From NCBI RefSeq assembly GCF_006345805.1, contig NC_043008.1, positions 61,876,001-61,940,000 of the forward strand: a DNA stretch of 64,000 bases. Reading direction: 5' to 3'. The notes under the pieces were generated by a model. The model worked only from the letters and a program-made list of their open reading frames with translations, had not been told where the DNA came from and did no database searches. The position numbers and the translations under genes were made by a program. Shown piece by piece: positions 1-13,878 of this stretch; the first letter of the stretch is position 1, and each line of letters begins with the position of its first letter. The DNA comes from Octopus sinensis. Lineage: Eukaryota.

Positions 1-1995
1 TGTGTTTTAGAGTGATGTGCATATATATGTACAAAGTGAAATAGAGACGAACAACCACTCAGTTAACAAAATACACAAACACACACTTACACATCCTAAC
101 AACATTAGAATGCTTTGAGCTTCTATGAGCCACTGGAATTGCTGGAAATAGAAGTTAAATCTACCTTGAATTCGTCCCTACTGTTTTAAAATAATGGGGA
201 AATGCTGATGTTATTTTAGTGATGCCCACGCAAGACTATATGATGAAGGCCTAAATGACTTCCCTCATAGCTCCAGAGCACACTTGTTTATCAGACTGAA
301 GTGTGACTAAACAACATCGTCAATAGCAAAGTTACACTGATATACAGAAATAACGTATAACAGTGAAAGAAAAACATATCCTGTCAGCCGAAAGCGAAAA
401 CGAGAGGGGAAAGTGTCGGTGAGTCAGCTATAGTACATTAAAAAAAGTAATAATTAGAAAATTACACACTTCTTTACAAATAACAAGCACGATTATTCGT
501 CAAAGGTGCTAAGATATTCTTTGTTGAATGTCCTTTCATTTCTTTTTTGTTGTTATTGTTACTGCTAGTTGTTTTTCCTTTCAATATAAAATCAAATTCA
601 GTACCTCTACTCATCAATAAAATACACGAATAAACTGCTAGAAATTTCCGGAGGGAGCTTTCACCAGTAGAACTATTAAAATTTTGCTAAAAATCCAATC
701 ATTAATTTCTTTACTCTGCTAATTGTATTTTTTTTTTCAATTATATATATAGTTTTGGTATTTTATTTTTTTTAATTTTCAGGTTCCATAGCTACACACA
801 TCAAAAAGAAAGATATTAAGTTCAGTTAAATATGAAGCTTTAATCTTAACACTAAATCCCTCCGGAGACAAGCAGTACAACCTTGATTATTTTAGCAAGT
901 CTTGATTTCCTATTAAAACTTAATCTCCATTGTAATTGGTTTTATAATGATACTGTTATTGACACCTCTCACGCCAGTTCTTGTTAATTGAAAATCTACA
1001 AATCACTCATCGATATTCACTACTCATGTTGTGTCAATACTCTACATCTTTTCACATTTACCATCATATATGTAGTCACATATATAAACTGTAATAAATT
1101 TTGTCGGATTAAGCTTATCAAGAGATATAACGCATTAAACTCTGATCACCTGTGACACATATTATATATATATATGTAAAATATTTTTCAGGTTTTAGAT
1201 AACTAAAATATTGAAAAAAGGGATAACTGGAATTACTAATTACGGTGTGAGTCGGTAAAAAGTCATAGTATATAGATCTTGGTTTCATATAAGTTTTCAT
1301 TTCGTGTGCGAAATTTCGTCTGAGGTCAGTAACATTGTTCTGAGCAAAGGGCTTACGTAGTATTGAGAATGCATATAAAGGGCGAAAGAAGAGGGAACCC
1401 GAAATGAAACTGGTAAATTTCTTTTCGCAATGACGTATGTCAAGATTGAAACGGACTCATAGTGACGAGAGAAGCAACAGCATATAAACAGAAAGAGAGA
1501 GAAGGGAGGAGAGAGAGTGAGTGAGAGAGAGTGAGTGAAAGAAATAAGGAGAGAGAGAGGGAGATACAGATAGAGAGACATGTATATGTGTATTATACGC
1601 ATGTACATTGTACAGTGCGTAAGTGAGAAGTGGAAGATTCCAGATCTAACGTTTTATTCACATCTCTCATTTCCATTCCAAAATCGAATCCAATACAAGT
1701 TGCTTACTGCTAGAGCTCCTTTTACCATAGATCCACACCATTTGTGCCTAGGTGCAAGGAGCAAGTATGGTAAAGAAGTTTCTCACTGTTTCTTGCGATA
1801 AATACTTATATATAATTTGGACACAAAGTCAGCTGGTGATGTATTGGCTAATTTCATTCAGTAGAAGGCTTTCCATTCGAACTTGAAAGAAGAATGGTTA
1901 TGAATGCTCGTATTTTTACAAAAGTCATTAGACATAATACGGATGTAGTGTCAACTCAAACAACGTCAAAGGTAAGACAGCGAACATAATTTAAA

Positions 1996-2407
1996 AGGAG
2001 TGGCTGTGTAGTAAGTAGCTCGCTTACGAACCGCATGGTTCCGGGTTCAGTCCCACTGCGTGGCATCTTGGGCGAGTATCTTCTACTGTAGCCTCGAGCC
2101 GACCAAAGCTTTGTGAGTGGATTTGTAGACGGAAACTGAAAGAAGCCCGTCATATATATATGTATATATATATATGTATATATGTATGTGTGTGTATATG
2201 TTTGTGTGTCTGTGTTTGTTCCCCCAATATCGCTTGACAACCGTTGCTGGTGTGTTTACATCCCCGTAACTTAGCGGTTCGGAAATAGAGACATATTGAA
2301 TAAGTACCAGGCTTACAAAGAATAAGTCTTGGGGTCGATTTGCTCAACTAAAGGCGGTGCTCCAGCATCGCCACAGTCAAATGGCTGAAACAAATAAAAG
2401 AGTAAAA
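1996..2407 (+). mobile_element. tRNA-derived SINE, family A (full length, bipartite with internal TA/TG linker)
   Basis: A-box-like TGGCTGTGTAGT and B-box-like GGGTTCAGTCCC head, body ending GGAAACTGAAAGAAGCCCGTC, (TA/TG)n linker, then 3' half ending GGCGGTGCTCCAGCATCGCCACAGTCAAATGGCTGAAACAAATAAAAGAGTAAAA. Colinear with copies at 6415, 46694 and 59724. Confidence 0.9.
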
Positions 2408-3489
2408 ATATATGTAAAAGTTTTGTCGTGGATAATATTCTCCAGGAGAGACCGTCCTACTTTTTGCTTTAGGAAACACATAATCTTTATTTTCTCACGT
2501 ATCTTCTAGACATAATGAGTTATATATCGATCAACATAATTTTGGTAACAATCTTATATCGTGACTTTGATTTGAAAGATGAAGGCGATTCAATTATTTC
2601 GTTATTACACATTCACGATTTTCTTTGCTTGTAAGTCCAACACGACATCCTATTTAATCACAAATCTGTTTAAAGATGCAAATATGTGAAACTGATCAGA
2701 GCTTGGAATGCGATTTACAAGGATTTTAATCTACATCCATTTGCCGGCTCTGCAGGAAATTACATTCAGTTCCCTTTGGATTTCGTTAAAATATTCTATG
2801 GAAATTTTATCTCAGTGGATCAGAACATGTTTCGGTGGAAGTGATATATTGATGCTGACAACGAAAAATGCCGTAGTAAATATGTCTCAAGAACACAGAA
2901 ATTCAATCAGGAATTCCTCTAACAAGGCACAATCACAAAAGTATATAGCTTCAATGCAAATTTGCAAAAATGAGGAATAAACGAAATACTTCACAAACTA
3001 AGAATGATGGTTTTACATATTACCGTGCACATTTAAGATAATGACAAATTAAAGTGAATGAATAAAATATCCGAACTTGAATGGTCGTAACCAAACAGCT
3101 AAATAGATTTACTACGATGTTCTTCACTTATTGTAAATCCCATACATGATCAGTGAAATCTGAGTAATCCAAATATGTATTTATCCAATATAATTTCTTA
3201 AAAAATTCTGATGATAAAAACAGAAATACTTCGACAGAATTTTAACTCATACTGTAGAGATTTCTGATTAATGCTCTTGATAGATATATTCATAATAATT
3301 GTTTCAAATATAGGTAGAAGGCCAGAATAATATATGGGGAACAGTCGACAATAGTACTTAAGTTATATTTTATTAGTCAACTGTTAATCCTCCAGTAGAT
3401 CAAATCTCACAAAGTAAGTAATAGGAGCAAAGCTACAGAGATATTGTACGGGTCTCTAAACTTAGGGTCAATACATTGCAAATTATAGA

Positions 3490-3530
3490 TAATAATAATA
3501 ATGATGATGATGATAATAATAATAATAATA

Positions 3531-3582
<52 letters not shown>
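3490..3582. repeat. (AAT)n microsatellite, 3' tail of the minus-strand SINE B copy
   Basis: Pure AAT run directly abutting ATCCTATCTGCTGGAGGCACAAGGC, the reverse complement of the SINE B second tail variant. Confidence 0.9.
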
Positions 3583-3752
3583 CCTATCTGCTGGAGGCAC
3601 AAGGCTTCAAATTTCAAATTTGTAGGGTGGTGGCTAGTCGATTATATCGACCCCAGTGTTCCACTGGTACTTATTTTATCGACCCCGAAAGGATGAAAGC
3701 AAAGTCGACCTCGGCGGAATTAGAACTCGCCCGGTGTGCTAACGATTCTGCC
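3583..3752 (-). mobile_element. tRNA-derived SINE, family B (internally deleted)
   Basis: Reverse complement of GTCGACTTTGCTTTCATCCTTTCGGGGTCGATAAAATAAGTACCAGTGG...GGGGTCGATATAATCGACT, the core shared with the copies at 10662 and 17476. Confidence 0.85.
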
Positions 3753-3762
3753 TACTAATAAT

Positions 3763-3890
3763 ATGACGCACGTATATGATTGCGATGCATGTGTCTGGTG
3801 CACACTTATCAGACGGATAGTCATGTTAGGTATAGTGGGCTTCGTATATTGACCCCAGTGTCACTTTGATGGCATGCACTGCTCTCTCAC
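3763..3890 (+). mobile_element. 5'-truncated copy of the AAT-flanked repeat at 37649-38204
   Basis: GATGCATGTGTCTGGTGCACACTTATCAGACGGATAGTCATG...CCCCAGTGTCACTTTGATGGCATGCACTGCTCTCTCAC aligns with 38075-38202. Flanked by TAATAAT and ATAATGATAATAG. Confidence 0.85.
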
Positions 3891-3904
3891 ATAATGATAA
3901 TAGT

Positions 3905-4055
3905 TGCTTTTAATTTAGGCACAAAGCCAGAAATTTAGAGAGGAGAGGGTTAATAGATTACTTTGCCTCTAATATCTGAGTGGTAATTAATTTTATTGAC
4001 CGAAAAGCTTAAAAGGAAATATGCACTCTGAGCGATGTACACTCAGAATGTGAAG
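3905..4055 (-). mobile_element. degenerate SINE B fragment
   Basis: TTTAGGCACAAAGCCAGAAATTT tail and ACTCAGAATGTGAAGA head remnant in reverse orientation. Confidence 0.5.
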
Positions 4056-4205
4056 AGCCAAGAGGAATAGCACAGGAGACATTGCAGAAGTAGAAGAAGA
4101 GAAAGTATCAGGATATGTAGAAAGGTTTAACCGTATTTGAAAAAGAGCGTATGATAAAGTGCTGAGTGTGTGATTATTGCCAACTGTGAAAGAGTGTATT
4201 TCAGA

Positions 4206-4508
4206 TATTACCTTCCCATGAAGTATGATGCAACGGCCAGAACGTTCTGGAACAGAATATGAAAAATGAAAAGACCTACAGATGAAGTTGACTATATTGA
4301 GGCCGATGTAACATAAGAATACTGGTGGACGTTAATAATTAAAAGAGCCTCCCAGTTAAAACTCAACCGGCCAGATATCGTTGCGCGAGAAAAGATATTT
4401 TCTGTTGCCCAAGTCAGTTGCCCTCTGGACACTAATATTGTTCGAGAAATACAGGAGAAAGAGGACATATATGGACCATTAATAAGGAGTTTGCAGATCC
4501 AGTATCCA
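4206..4508 (+). pseudogene. non-LTR retrotransposon (R4/Dong-like, REL endonuclease) ORF fragment
   Basis: Translates with stops as YYLPMKYDATARTFWNRI*...EYWWTLIIKRASQLKLNRPDIVAREKIFSVAQVSCPLDTNIVREIQEKEDIYGPLIRSLQIQYP. The NRPDIV...SCP.D.NI...EK...Y pattern is the PD-(D/E)xK REL domain of R2-group LINEs. Confidence 0.75.
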
Positions 4509-4915
4509 TTATTATTGCAGCAACCCATCTGGAGCAAAATATGGCTGCATTTGGGCACTTGAGGATAGAACACAAATACTTGATTTATACTCTACAAAGG
4601 ATCACGATAACTGGGACAATACAAATCTGGAAGACTTTAAGTTTTAAGGGATAATGAACAAAAAGAGATGCTTTATTTCACAATCATGTTATGAAGTTGC
4701 TGACTGGTGAAAATTTATTTTAAAATGAAAGGAGAAGGAGAGGAACATACATAGCTACATAGATATATGTGTCTATCCAAACGTTTGAGTTAGAAAAAAC
4801 TCAAACCAAACACAGAGAGATAGACAGACAGAAAAATTGATAAATAGATAGGTTGACATATACTAGAAGATTGAGAATTAGAAAGAGAGGGTGAGAGAGA
4901 GAAGGAGGGCGAGAA

Positions 4916-4950
<35 letters not shown>

Positions 4951-5940
4951 TACTACTTTATTCAAGATGTTTTTTCTTTTTTATTATTGAAGATCAAGAG
5001 GATTCAGCTGCCATTGGAAGCTGTTTTATGGTCTGTCTAGAGGACCATTTTAATGCATATATGGTTATCCTGTTATTGTACAATGACATGGAATCAAGTC
5101 TTGAGATATTCCTTTCTCATAAAGTAATCTAGGAATTGTTCAATGACACGATTTTACTACGGGCAATTTTGGCAGGAATTTTCATTGAGCAGTCATATAC
5201 CTCATTAAATAATTGCTGTGGACGTATAGACACACCATAGGATATCCTTAAATGTGCGGTGTTTGCATTTATCTTTATTACATTTATGGAAGTGATGTTG
5301 CTTAATATCCACAGAGTGTTATATTTCCGTAACTTATTCAGATTCTTTTCTTGTTTCAGGTGGCCTCCAATTGTCAATATTGTGTTTCTTTAAACCCACT
5401 TAAATTGTTTTCCAGTTTAGCAACTTCACTTAATCCTCACACATTGTAATTTCATAAGGCAGAAATACAATTTTCATTGCATTATGAAGATGACATTAAG
5501 TATAAGAAGTCAACCAAGTGAAACAGTTATATTAATTTTAAAGGAGAGAAATTTATACCTGTCCAAGATTTCACTGAAATGCTTACACTACTAGTGTTTC
5601 AATAAAACGTTCAACACTAACATGATATAAAAGTATATCTTATAATTAAACTAAAAGGTCGGTAACCATTTAATTTCATATTTCGAAACCCACATAAATA
5701 TCCCCATCACCCACATATCCCAAAGGTCATACATTCCCAGACCCATATTTACATACCTACATACATACATTTTTCGAACAGTTCGTTTTCTATGTTTTTG
5801 TTTTTTATGTTCTCGTTTCTTATTCTGCCCACGTTTTTTTATGATGTCCTGTACACATATATGCATGTATATATACATTTATAAGTAGGTATGTACTATA
5901 TGTACGTATATATGCATATATTTATATTATATATATTTAT

Positions 5941-5978
<38 letters not shown>

Positions 5979-6414
5979 GACACAGAAGGAAAGACCAGGG
6001 TTTACATTAACACGCAAAAATAGACATAGATATGAATATATCCAAACACATACACACATATATGCATGCATATATATTTATAAACACATAAGATTATGTA
6101 GCAACATGCAGGAGGCTTTGAATTTAAGAATTTGATAAAACGGTAACTATTCTGGAGATATTTCGGTCTTATCTGAATACTTCAGAGAAGCATCATGTCA
6201 CCCGTACTACGAGGCTTAAGATATTCAGCTTAAGCCTCGTAGTACACACACACACACACACATAAACACACGCACGCACGCATGCACACACACACATAAA
6301 CACACATGTAAGTTTTGTCGAATAATCATGATAAGGTTGCTATCCTCGGTAGATGGTTGTTTAAGGTTTAGCATTACTACACATACCAAGTGTATTATTC
6401 AAATATGTCCGACA

Positions 6415-6820
6415 TAGGCGTAGGAGTGGCTGTTTGGTAAGTAATTTGCTTACCAACCACATGGTTCCGGGTTCTGTCCCACTGTGTGGCATCTTGGGCA
6501 AATGTCTTCTACTATAGCCTCCGGACGACCAAAGCCTTGTGAGTGGACTTGGTAGACGGAAACTGAAAGAAGCCTGCTGTATATATGTATATATATGTAT
6601 ATATGGATTTGTATATGTTTGTGTGGCAGCGTTTTCCCCCAACATCGCTTGATAACCGATGCTGGTGTATTTACGCCCACGTCACTTAGCGTTTCGGCAA
6701 AAGAAACCGATAGAATAAATAATAGGCTTCTAAAGAATAAATACTGGGGTCCATTTGCTCGACTAAAAGGCGGTGCTCCAGTATGGCCACAGTCAAATGA
6801 CTGTAACAAGTAAGAGAGTA
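6415..6820 (+). mobile_element. tRNA-derived SINE, family A (full length)
   Basis: AGGCGTAGGAGTGGCTGTTTGGTAAG head through GGCGGTGCTCCAGTATGGCCACAGTCAAATGACTGTAACAAGTAAGAGAGTA tail. Confidence 0.9.
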
Positions 6821-7615
6821 ACAGATATTAATATACATTTAATTTTATCTAAATCTTATTTAATTCAAACTTAGGAAGTGAATTTTCGGTATTTTTCTAT
6901 AATTCTTCATAACAATTTTTGAATGCTGCTGTGGTTGTAACTGTAATTACTAGAATTTCCTTTGATCCTCCGAATAAATATTTCCTGAATGTCTTATAAA
7001 TAAGAAACTGTGAGTCTCATAAATGTCAAAATCAAAATACGCAACAAAAGCTTAAAATATGAGAAAATTATCTAAGAAATAAACAACATGTATGTTGTTA
7101 CAAGAAAAACACCATAGTGCTATGGTAATAAAAAAAATCAATAAGTTATAAAAAAATTTAGGAGCAACTTCAAAAAAATCAAAATGGTTGTATGTATGCG
7201 CGTTGACAGCCCAATCGATATAAGTCCAGCGTTGATAACAGCCATGTATGGCATCTATTACTGAATTGTAAATTTAATTAAACAAATTGCAAATGTATAT
7301 ACACATTCCAGCAAGTAACGACGTTGCCTCCTTTCACTTAGAAACATATGTTTCCAGTTCGAACAATTTTGCCACTAATATGCATCAAGAAATAAATCTC
7401 CACATGATCAAAAATATAAATAATGGAAAATAAATTTCATATAATGTGAAAATAAATTTCATTCATAGTAGTTATAAAGGTAGAACGAACGTCAGCCTTA
7501 CTATAATTAGCTTACAAAAATATTAAATCTCTGTTCAGACACTACTTGCAACTATGTACACACCAAGAAATATGACTCCTAATGACAACCATATATGCAC
7601 ATATAAATACACACA

Positions 7616-7707
<92 letters not shown>

Positions 7708-9408
7708 TATATACAATTTTGTGATTAATTTATTATTATGATAGGGCACGCGAGGTACCAGCAATGCTGTGAAATCAGAGTATAAAACTCCTCTAAAAAA
7801 AATCACTATCTCAGCAGAACGCCGTAGAATGAGGAAATAGATATTCCTTGGTTTAAATTGATTTTGAATTTTGAGAGCTTACTTCCATTAATTCTCATCA
7901 GTAGGTCTCACTATATACCTAGGGTTAAACACTTTTCTACTTTCTCTGCGCTTGTTAATAGTTGAAAAGCTAGCGCCAAATTCAAAAACGGTGTCAGTGT
8001 ATAAAATTATTAAATGAATATATATACGAAAATATTTATATAAATATTAATATTAATTATTATCATTAGTAAAATGAATAACAACAACAATAATATAAGT
8101 GGCCAGCAAGGAAAAACGCCAATAACTGGCAAATCCAAAGGGCACACGAGGTAGCAGCATTGCTGAAGGGATGTCAGCTCTCAAAATGAGATGGAGGAGG
8201 CTGCATTCTAGGTTCTGATAGTGGTAGTTGCATTCTAGATTCAGGCGTATCCTTAGTGACAGAGAATTTTGTCACAATTTAAGATCGGAAAAGGTACATC
8301 CGTTGCCTTTTATGCATCCATATTTAGGATCATGGCTATGGTCTCTATTTAGGACAGAATTTGGGTTGAAGGTGAGGGCAGATTATTTTCGGTGATACCA
8401 TATGAACTGTGCCTGTAACAAGTCTAAGTTATAAAGTAGGATGGAACAAAGAGCAGCGTCCCTAGTTGTTGGTGCCGCTGCGGCCAAATCTGCAGCTACA
8501 TTCGAAATGGCAACGACAGGAATTTTGACGTGGGCAGGGAAGAGGTTTTTTTCTATATTGACAGACTCGTTGGTCCTATAGTAGTAGCAGTAGCAGACTG
8601 TTGTTGTTGAAATGGTAGTGGATCCTGGCTTGCAACAGTAAGCCTGGGTGGAATTAGGTAAGATACTAATACCAAACAAGATGTTTCCAATGAAGTAGCA
8701 GGCTGTTGCAGTAGTGATTCCTGGCGTGCCACGATAGTGTTGGATGGAATTAGGTCAGCGATACCGAATGGGATGCTATTTGCTGCTGGCTAACGGGTTG
8801 TTGAGGTGGCCCCTGACCTGTTGGCATTGGGTCAGTTGGTGCACTACATCCATTGACCAGTATAGGTTCTAGCGTTACATTGTGTGTGTGTACCAAGTAT
8901 TTCTCTATTATCGTTTTCTACCCAGTGGCGTTTTAGAATATTGTTGCCCATATTCAGCGGATATAGCAGTATTATACACTGTACATTAGTTATTGCTGAT
9001 TTGATGTAAGGTCGTGAATATGCCGTAAAAGAGTTTGTGCCGATATATTCGGAAGTGCGTGGCTACATCCAAGTGTGTGTGAGAGATTTCAGAGTATTTA
9101 GTAGAAATCAGAGAAAGTGGTGTATTTTATACAAATCAAAAGAAATTAATTCTTCTCAGGAGACTAGTTTTAGAACTAGTCTTTAGATTACTTGAGTTTT
9201 TTTCAGGCATTGCTCATTAATATTTGCTTTTCCAGGTAGTATATAAAGTTATGTAAATTTATCCTCCGGTGATAAGATAGTAGAATTCGAAGGTCCTGTG
9301 ACTAAAAACAAGTAAAGGTACTGCTGGTTTGAGTTGAAATCTGTTTCTTCAGCTACTGACTGGTCAGATTCATGAAAAGTACGTCTTGTCACCAGGCAGG
9401 CACACGCA

Positions 9409-9410
<2 letters not shown>

Positions 9411-9477
<67 letters not shown>

Positions 9478-9504
9478 ACACATACACACAACACACACAC
9501 ACAG

Positions 9505-9549
<45 letters not shown>
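9411..9549. repeat. (CA)n microsatellite
   Basis: Long, nearly pure CA run; source of the poly-HT and poly-VC ORFs in the track. Confidence 0.95.
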
Positions 9550-9795
9550 CAGAGGATAAAATATATGTGGGATTATTTTGACTGGAGACTTTCATGTTGC
9601 CACCTACAGATGCTTACTAAGAGACAGAAAGAGCGAGAGAGTTTACTAAGGAATAGAAGAGTGGATGAAGATTTTTAATAGTTTATAAGCTTTTCTGTTA
9701 TTGTGAGTGATATTTTTCCGATGAGTGAGAGAGCACATGAAACGGTCTGGTCTTTTTTCCTTCAAAACCTTTAGATTTAATGCATTATATATATA

Positions 9796-9856
<61 letters not shown>

Positions 9857-10439
9857 GAATAAAAATGGAGTTAACGCAGGTGTAATCAAATATTTTTACT
9901 TTCGACACATGTTTCGAAAATTCCACTGATACTATTCAAAAGAATAAATGGTATAAACAATGCAATCTTCTCCTCAGGAAAGTGAAAAAAACGAAATTCG
10001 TCAATAAGACATTTTAGCAAAAAATGATGGATTTGTATAGCGATAGACAGAACGCTATTAATATTGTTTAAAAAAACGTTATATGATATAACGTCATAAG
10101 TAGCTAACAGAAAGAGTAGGGATATTAATAGTGAATGTTAAATATAAAGGAAATTAAAGTTTAAATTATATATAATGATAGAGACTACTTATATGCACTA
10201 AATGTATGTTTTACCCAATGCTTACATCTGTATGCTCGCTCTATAACCGTGATGTATGTATATGTATATATATGTATGTATCTATAAGTATATATATGTA
10301 TGTATGTATATGTATATATGTAGGCAAATCGGAAAATTATAAAACATCAGGAAACATATGAAAGTCAAAAAGTAAAATATAAAATAAAGGAAAAAAGCTA
10401 AAGATTAAAAAAATCAAAACCTAAATTATAACAATAGAA

Positions 10440-10640
10440 ATGGAAAAGGATGGTTGAAGCTGTGACAAGAGGGAGTGGGTGATAAGTCGAAGCGATGTAT
10501 GAGTTCAAGATGTAGCGCTGTTCTGGGCAAAGTCTAATTGTGGTGCTCCCATAGTGCAAGGTCAGGCCGAAGACAAGGAAGTGTTTGATGGAGTGATTTG
10601 TAGAACAAAAACGCCGGACAAAGAGTCCCGGATATGGATA
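10440..10640 (-). pseudogene. Penelope-like element, C-terminal tail of GIY-YIG endonuclease (fragment)
   Basis: PGLFVRRFCSTNHSIKHFLVFGLTLHYGSTTIRLCPEQRYIL resembles the PLE EN tail pattern (PVARHF...HS..D..V.GL......R...EQ..I). Recognised from motif spacing only. Confidence 0.45.
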
Positions 10641-10661
10641 ACGTGTTGGTTGGTTCCAGTG

Positions 10662-10887
10662 AAGGCGGCGAGCTGGCAGAAACGTTAGCACGCCGGGCGA
10701 AATGCTTAGCGGTATTTCGACTGCTGTTACGTTGTCAGTTCAAATTCCACCGAGGTCGACTTTGCCTTTCATCCTTTCGGGGTCGATAAATTAAGTACCA
10801 GTTACGCACTGGGGTCGATATAATCGACTTAATACCTAGGTCTGTTCATGTTTGTCCCCTATACCTTGTGGGTAATAAAGAAATAGG
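10662..10887 (+). mobile_element. tRNA-derived SINE, family B (full length, tail variant 1)
   Basis: AAGGCGGCGAGCTGGCAGAAACGTTAGCACGCCGGGCGAAATGC head, GTTCAAATTCC B box, GCCTTTCATCCTTTCGGGGTCGATAAATTAAGTACCAG core, tail TGTTTGTCCCC...TTGTGGGTAATAAAGAAATAGG. Confidence 0.9.
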
Positions 10888-11660
10888 TGCTGGTGGTGGT
10901 GTGACAACGGGTCTTGAAGCAAAGGAAAACAAAAGTGGCACTCCTCCTGGTATTTAGAAAGCTTAACGAAGAAATAACATAAATTTTTCAAAATCTTTTA
11001 TCTATCAATCGTGTTCGTTAATAGTCTGAGATGTATATTCGCATGCCGCGGATTTCATTTTCCATCATTATATTCCTGGTACCTAAAGGCACCATTTCAG
11101 AAACACACTGGATTCAATATATTCTCTGCAGCAGTCCAAATAGCATTTACTAAGAGACCCATGTATATAAAAAAGTAAAAATAATGATTATAAATCTTAT
11201 CCGTCTTATCACTCTAATTGTCTGCGAGAATCAATTCTAAGAAACTAAATTGTGATCTAAGCTAAATATATGGAGTTATATGAAATACAATAAAATAAAA
11301 CAAAATAAACTGATATAAAATGTAATAAAATAAAATAAATTATTCGAAAACTAAATAAAACGACCAACATTTTCCGTTTCTTTGTGAATTAGTAAACGTA
11401 ATGGAAGCCATGAAAAATAGGGTGAAATTCGATAAGTTTAATGATGCGGTAATTAGCGATAGTGGTTTGGCTGCTTAATTTACCTGTATATATACATCCT
11501 GTAGGACAAAAATTTTTTCTGTCACTTTTGTTTTCAAAGTGGATTTCTTATACGTGTACAAGCACATACACACACGTGTATGTGCTTATGCAACACGCAC
11601 ACGTACACATACACGTGTGTGTATATTAATGTATATATATATATGCATACATATACACAG

Positions 11661-11704
<44 letters not shown>

Positions 11705-13811
11705 TATATATATGTATATATATATATGTAAATCTATATATATATTAGCATATATATTTGTACAAACATACACGTACTAACATGGAGATTTTAAAATTAC
11801 TTGGAATTACTTACAAACTCTTGATTTATTCCTATTAACAGTCATATCCTGACCGTTCTATGTTGTTTTATATTTATTATAGTTTAGTGTTTCCTTATTC
11901 TGTTTCTATTTACCTATTTCTTATATAATGTTTCACTTACATTCACTTAGCGCATACGACTTCTCCTTATACAACGTAAATACATTCTATCTGATGACTT
12001 TTGATTTAGAATGTTTCTGTTATTTACTTCTGCTTCTTGCTGCTTTGGTTTTGGTTGTTATTATTGATGAAGCTATTGTAGCTGTTGTTATTTCGGTGAT
12101 TGCAGCAGTAGTAGCATTTGTTGTTGCTCTCACCACCGCCACCGCCGCCGGTGCTGTCCTCGTCGACATCGTTTGTGGATTCCTGTTGCTGTAGTCGTAA
12201 AGTTTTGTAGTTTTTCACAACCTCAGCATGTTTGAATGTTTCACAATAAAACTAATCAATCCTTTTATAATCTTTGTTGTGCTACTCTTATAACTGTTTT
12301 TGTTGTTATTTTTTTTGTGTGTGATGTCGGTTGTGCTAGAGTCGATGCATTGCAGTAATAGTTGTTGCATTTCTGTCTTGGAGTAGGTTGTGTTCACTTA
12401 ATCTTGCGGTATTTTTTTTTGTTTTATTTTTCCACTTTACATTATTGTCCACTGAAGCTCGCTGTTTGACGCAAGGAAATAGAATATTGGAAATATTCAA
12501 CAAGCTTAATCTGCGTGTAAGCAATTGCAGGGAAGTAGGGAATGAATAAGTTTGAGAGTAAAATATAAAATAACCAAGTAAAATAATATAAACCTAACGG
12601 TGGGAGAGAGAGAGAGAGGAGAAGTGAAATTTGAATTTGTAAGCGATATATTATAAAAGCGTATGCGAAGATGGAAATGAAAAATATTTTTGAAGTAAAT
12701 TAAAGAAAAACAAACAATAAATTGAAAAATCGTGTAATGTTGTCAACTGAGCTAAGAATATAAAATCCAGTGAATGTAGAATCACATGAGCAAGAAAAAG
12801 ATTTGAACATTGATTCTTCAGAGTGGTAGAAGATAGAAAATTTTAGGTAATAAATATTAGAACGCTAACTCAGCTCCAGTACACGTCTGGTACCAATTTT
12901 ATTTATCCACAGTGAGACGAATATCAAATCATTCGATGCAAGATTTTATAGACACACTAAATACCACGTTCTTACTAGTGCTTTTTCTTTCCCGTAGAGC
13001 ATCCTATTCTGTCGTTCCGTAAAAATTAGAAAACATTATAATATAAACATAGTGAAGCGAAATTCACGTCACAGAAGTTCCTAGAAGCGAATGTGTTGCG
13101 TGTGAAAGCGGAGTCATTCGGTGCCATACTACAAATGATAAACTTTTCGGGAAAATCAAATTCAAAGCCAAATTTGTTGATATAGTTGCATTTTCTATAT
13201 GTACGCTTGGAAGCTAGGCAAGTGATTAACATTAATACCACCATCATCTCTATCTGCCTTTCTGCAGTCTTATTGCATAAACATACATGCTACTATGATA
13301 TATGACACAGCTAACGACGTTGACGAATAGCTTAAACATGTAAAAGCTCACAAAAACTTTGAAATTCACTCTTCGTTTAATTATTCATGTGTCAAACTTC
13401 CCATTGTCAGTGGTGCCATCTGCATTGGAACTGAATCAGTGACCAAGTTACAATAGCGTGACGACAATCATGACACTTCAATAAATAATGAAAATATGAT
13501 TTAAAATTTTTGTCTGACTTTTAGCTGCTTAGAAATGTCGTCACACAACAAAATTACTTAATTTACATCACACGGTCTGAGATAAAATCAAAATCAATTT
13601 TTAGGCGAATAGAACTAAGATGCTTGCAACATAATATTAACTTGAGTCAAACTGATACAAAATTCTTTACTGAATTCGTGAGAAACCACTGACTATGAAT
13701 TTAATAACTAACTATAATGATACCCAACCAGATTTCTACCAAAATCGTAAACATAGTGTATCGTAGGGTACGAAAACGCACACATATACATATATGTACA
13801 TATATATATAT

Positions 13812-13877
<66 letters not shown>

Positions 13878-13878
<1 letters not shown>

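Noticed and set aside
2660-2980. Two overlapping open frames (LIRAWNAIYKDFNLHPF..., MRFTRILIY...) as an exon
   Set aside because: There is no credible donor site and no recognisable family.
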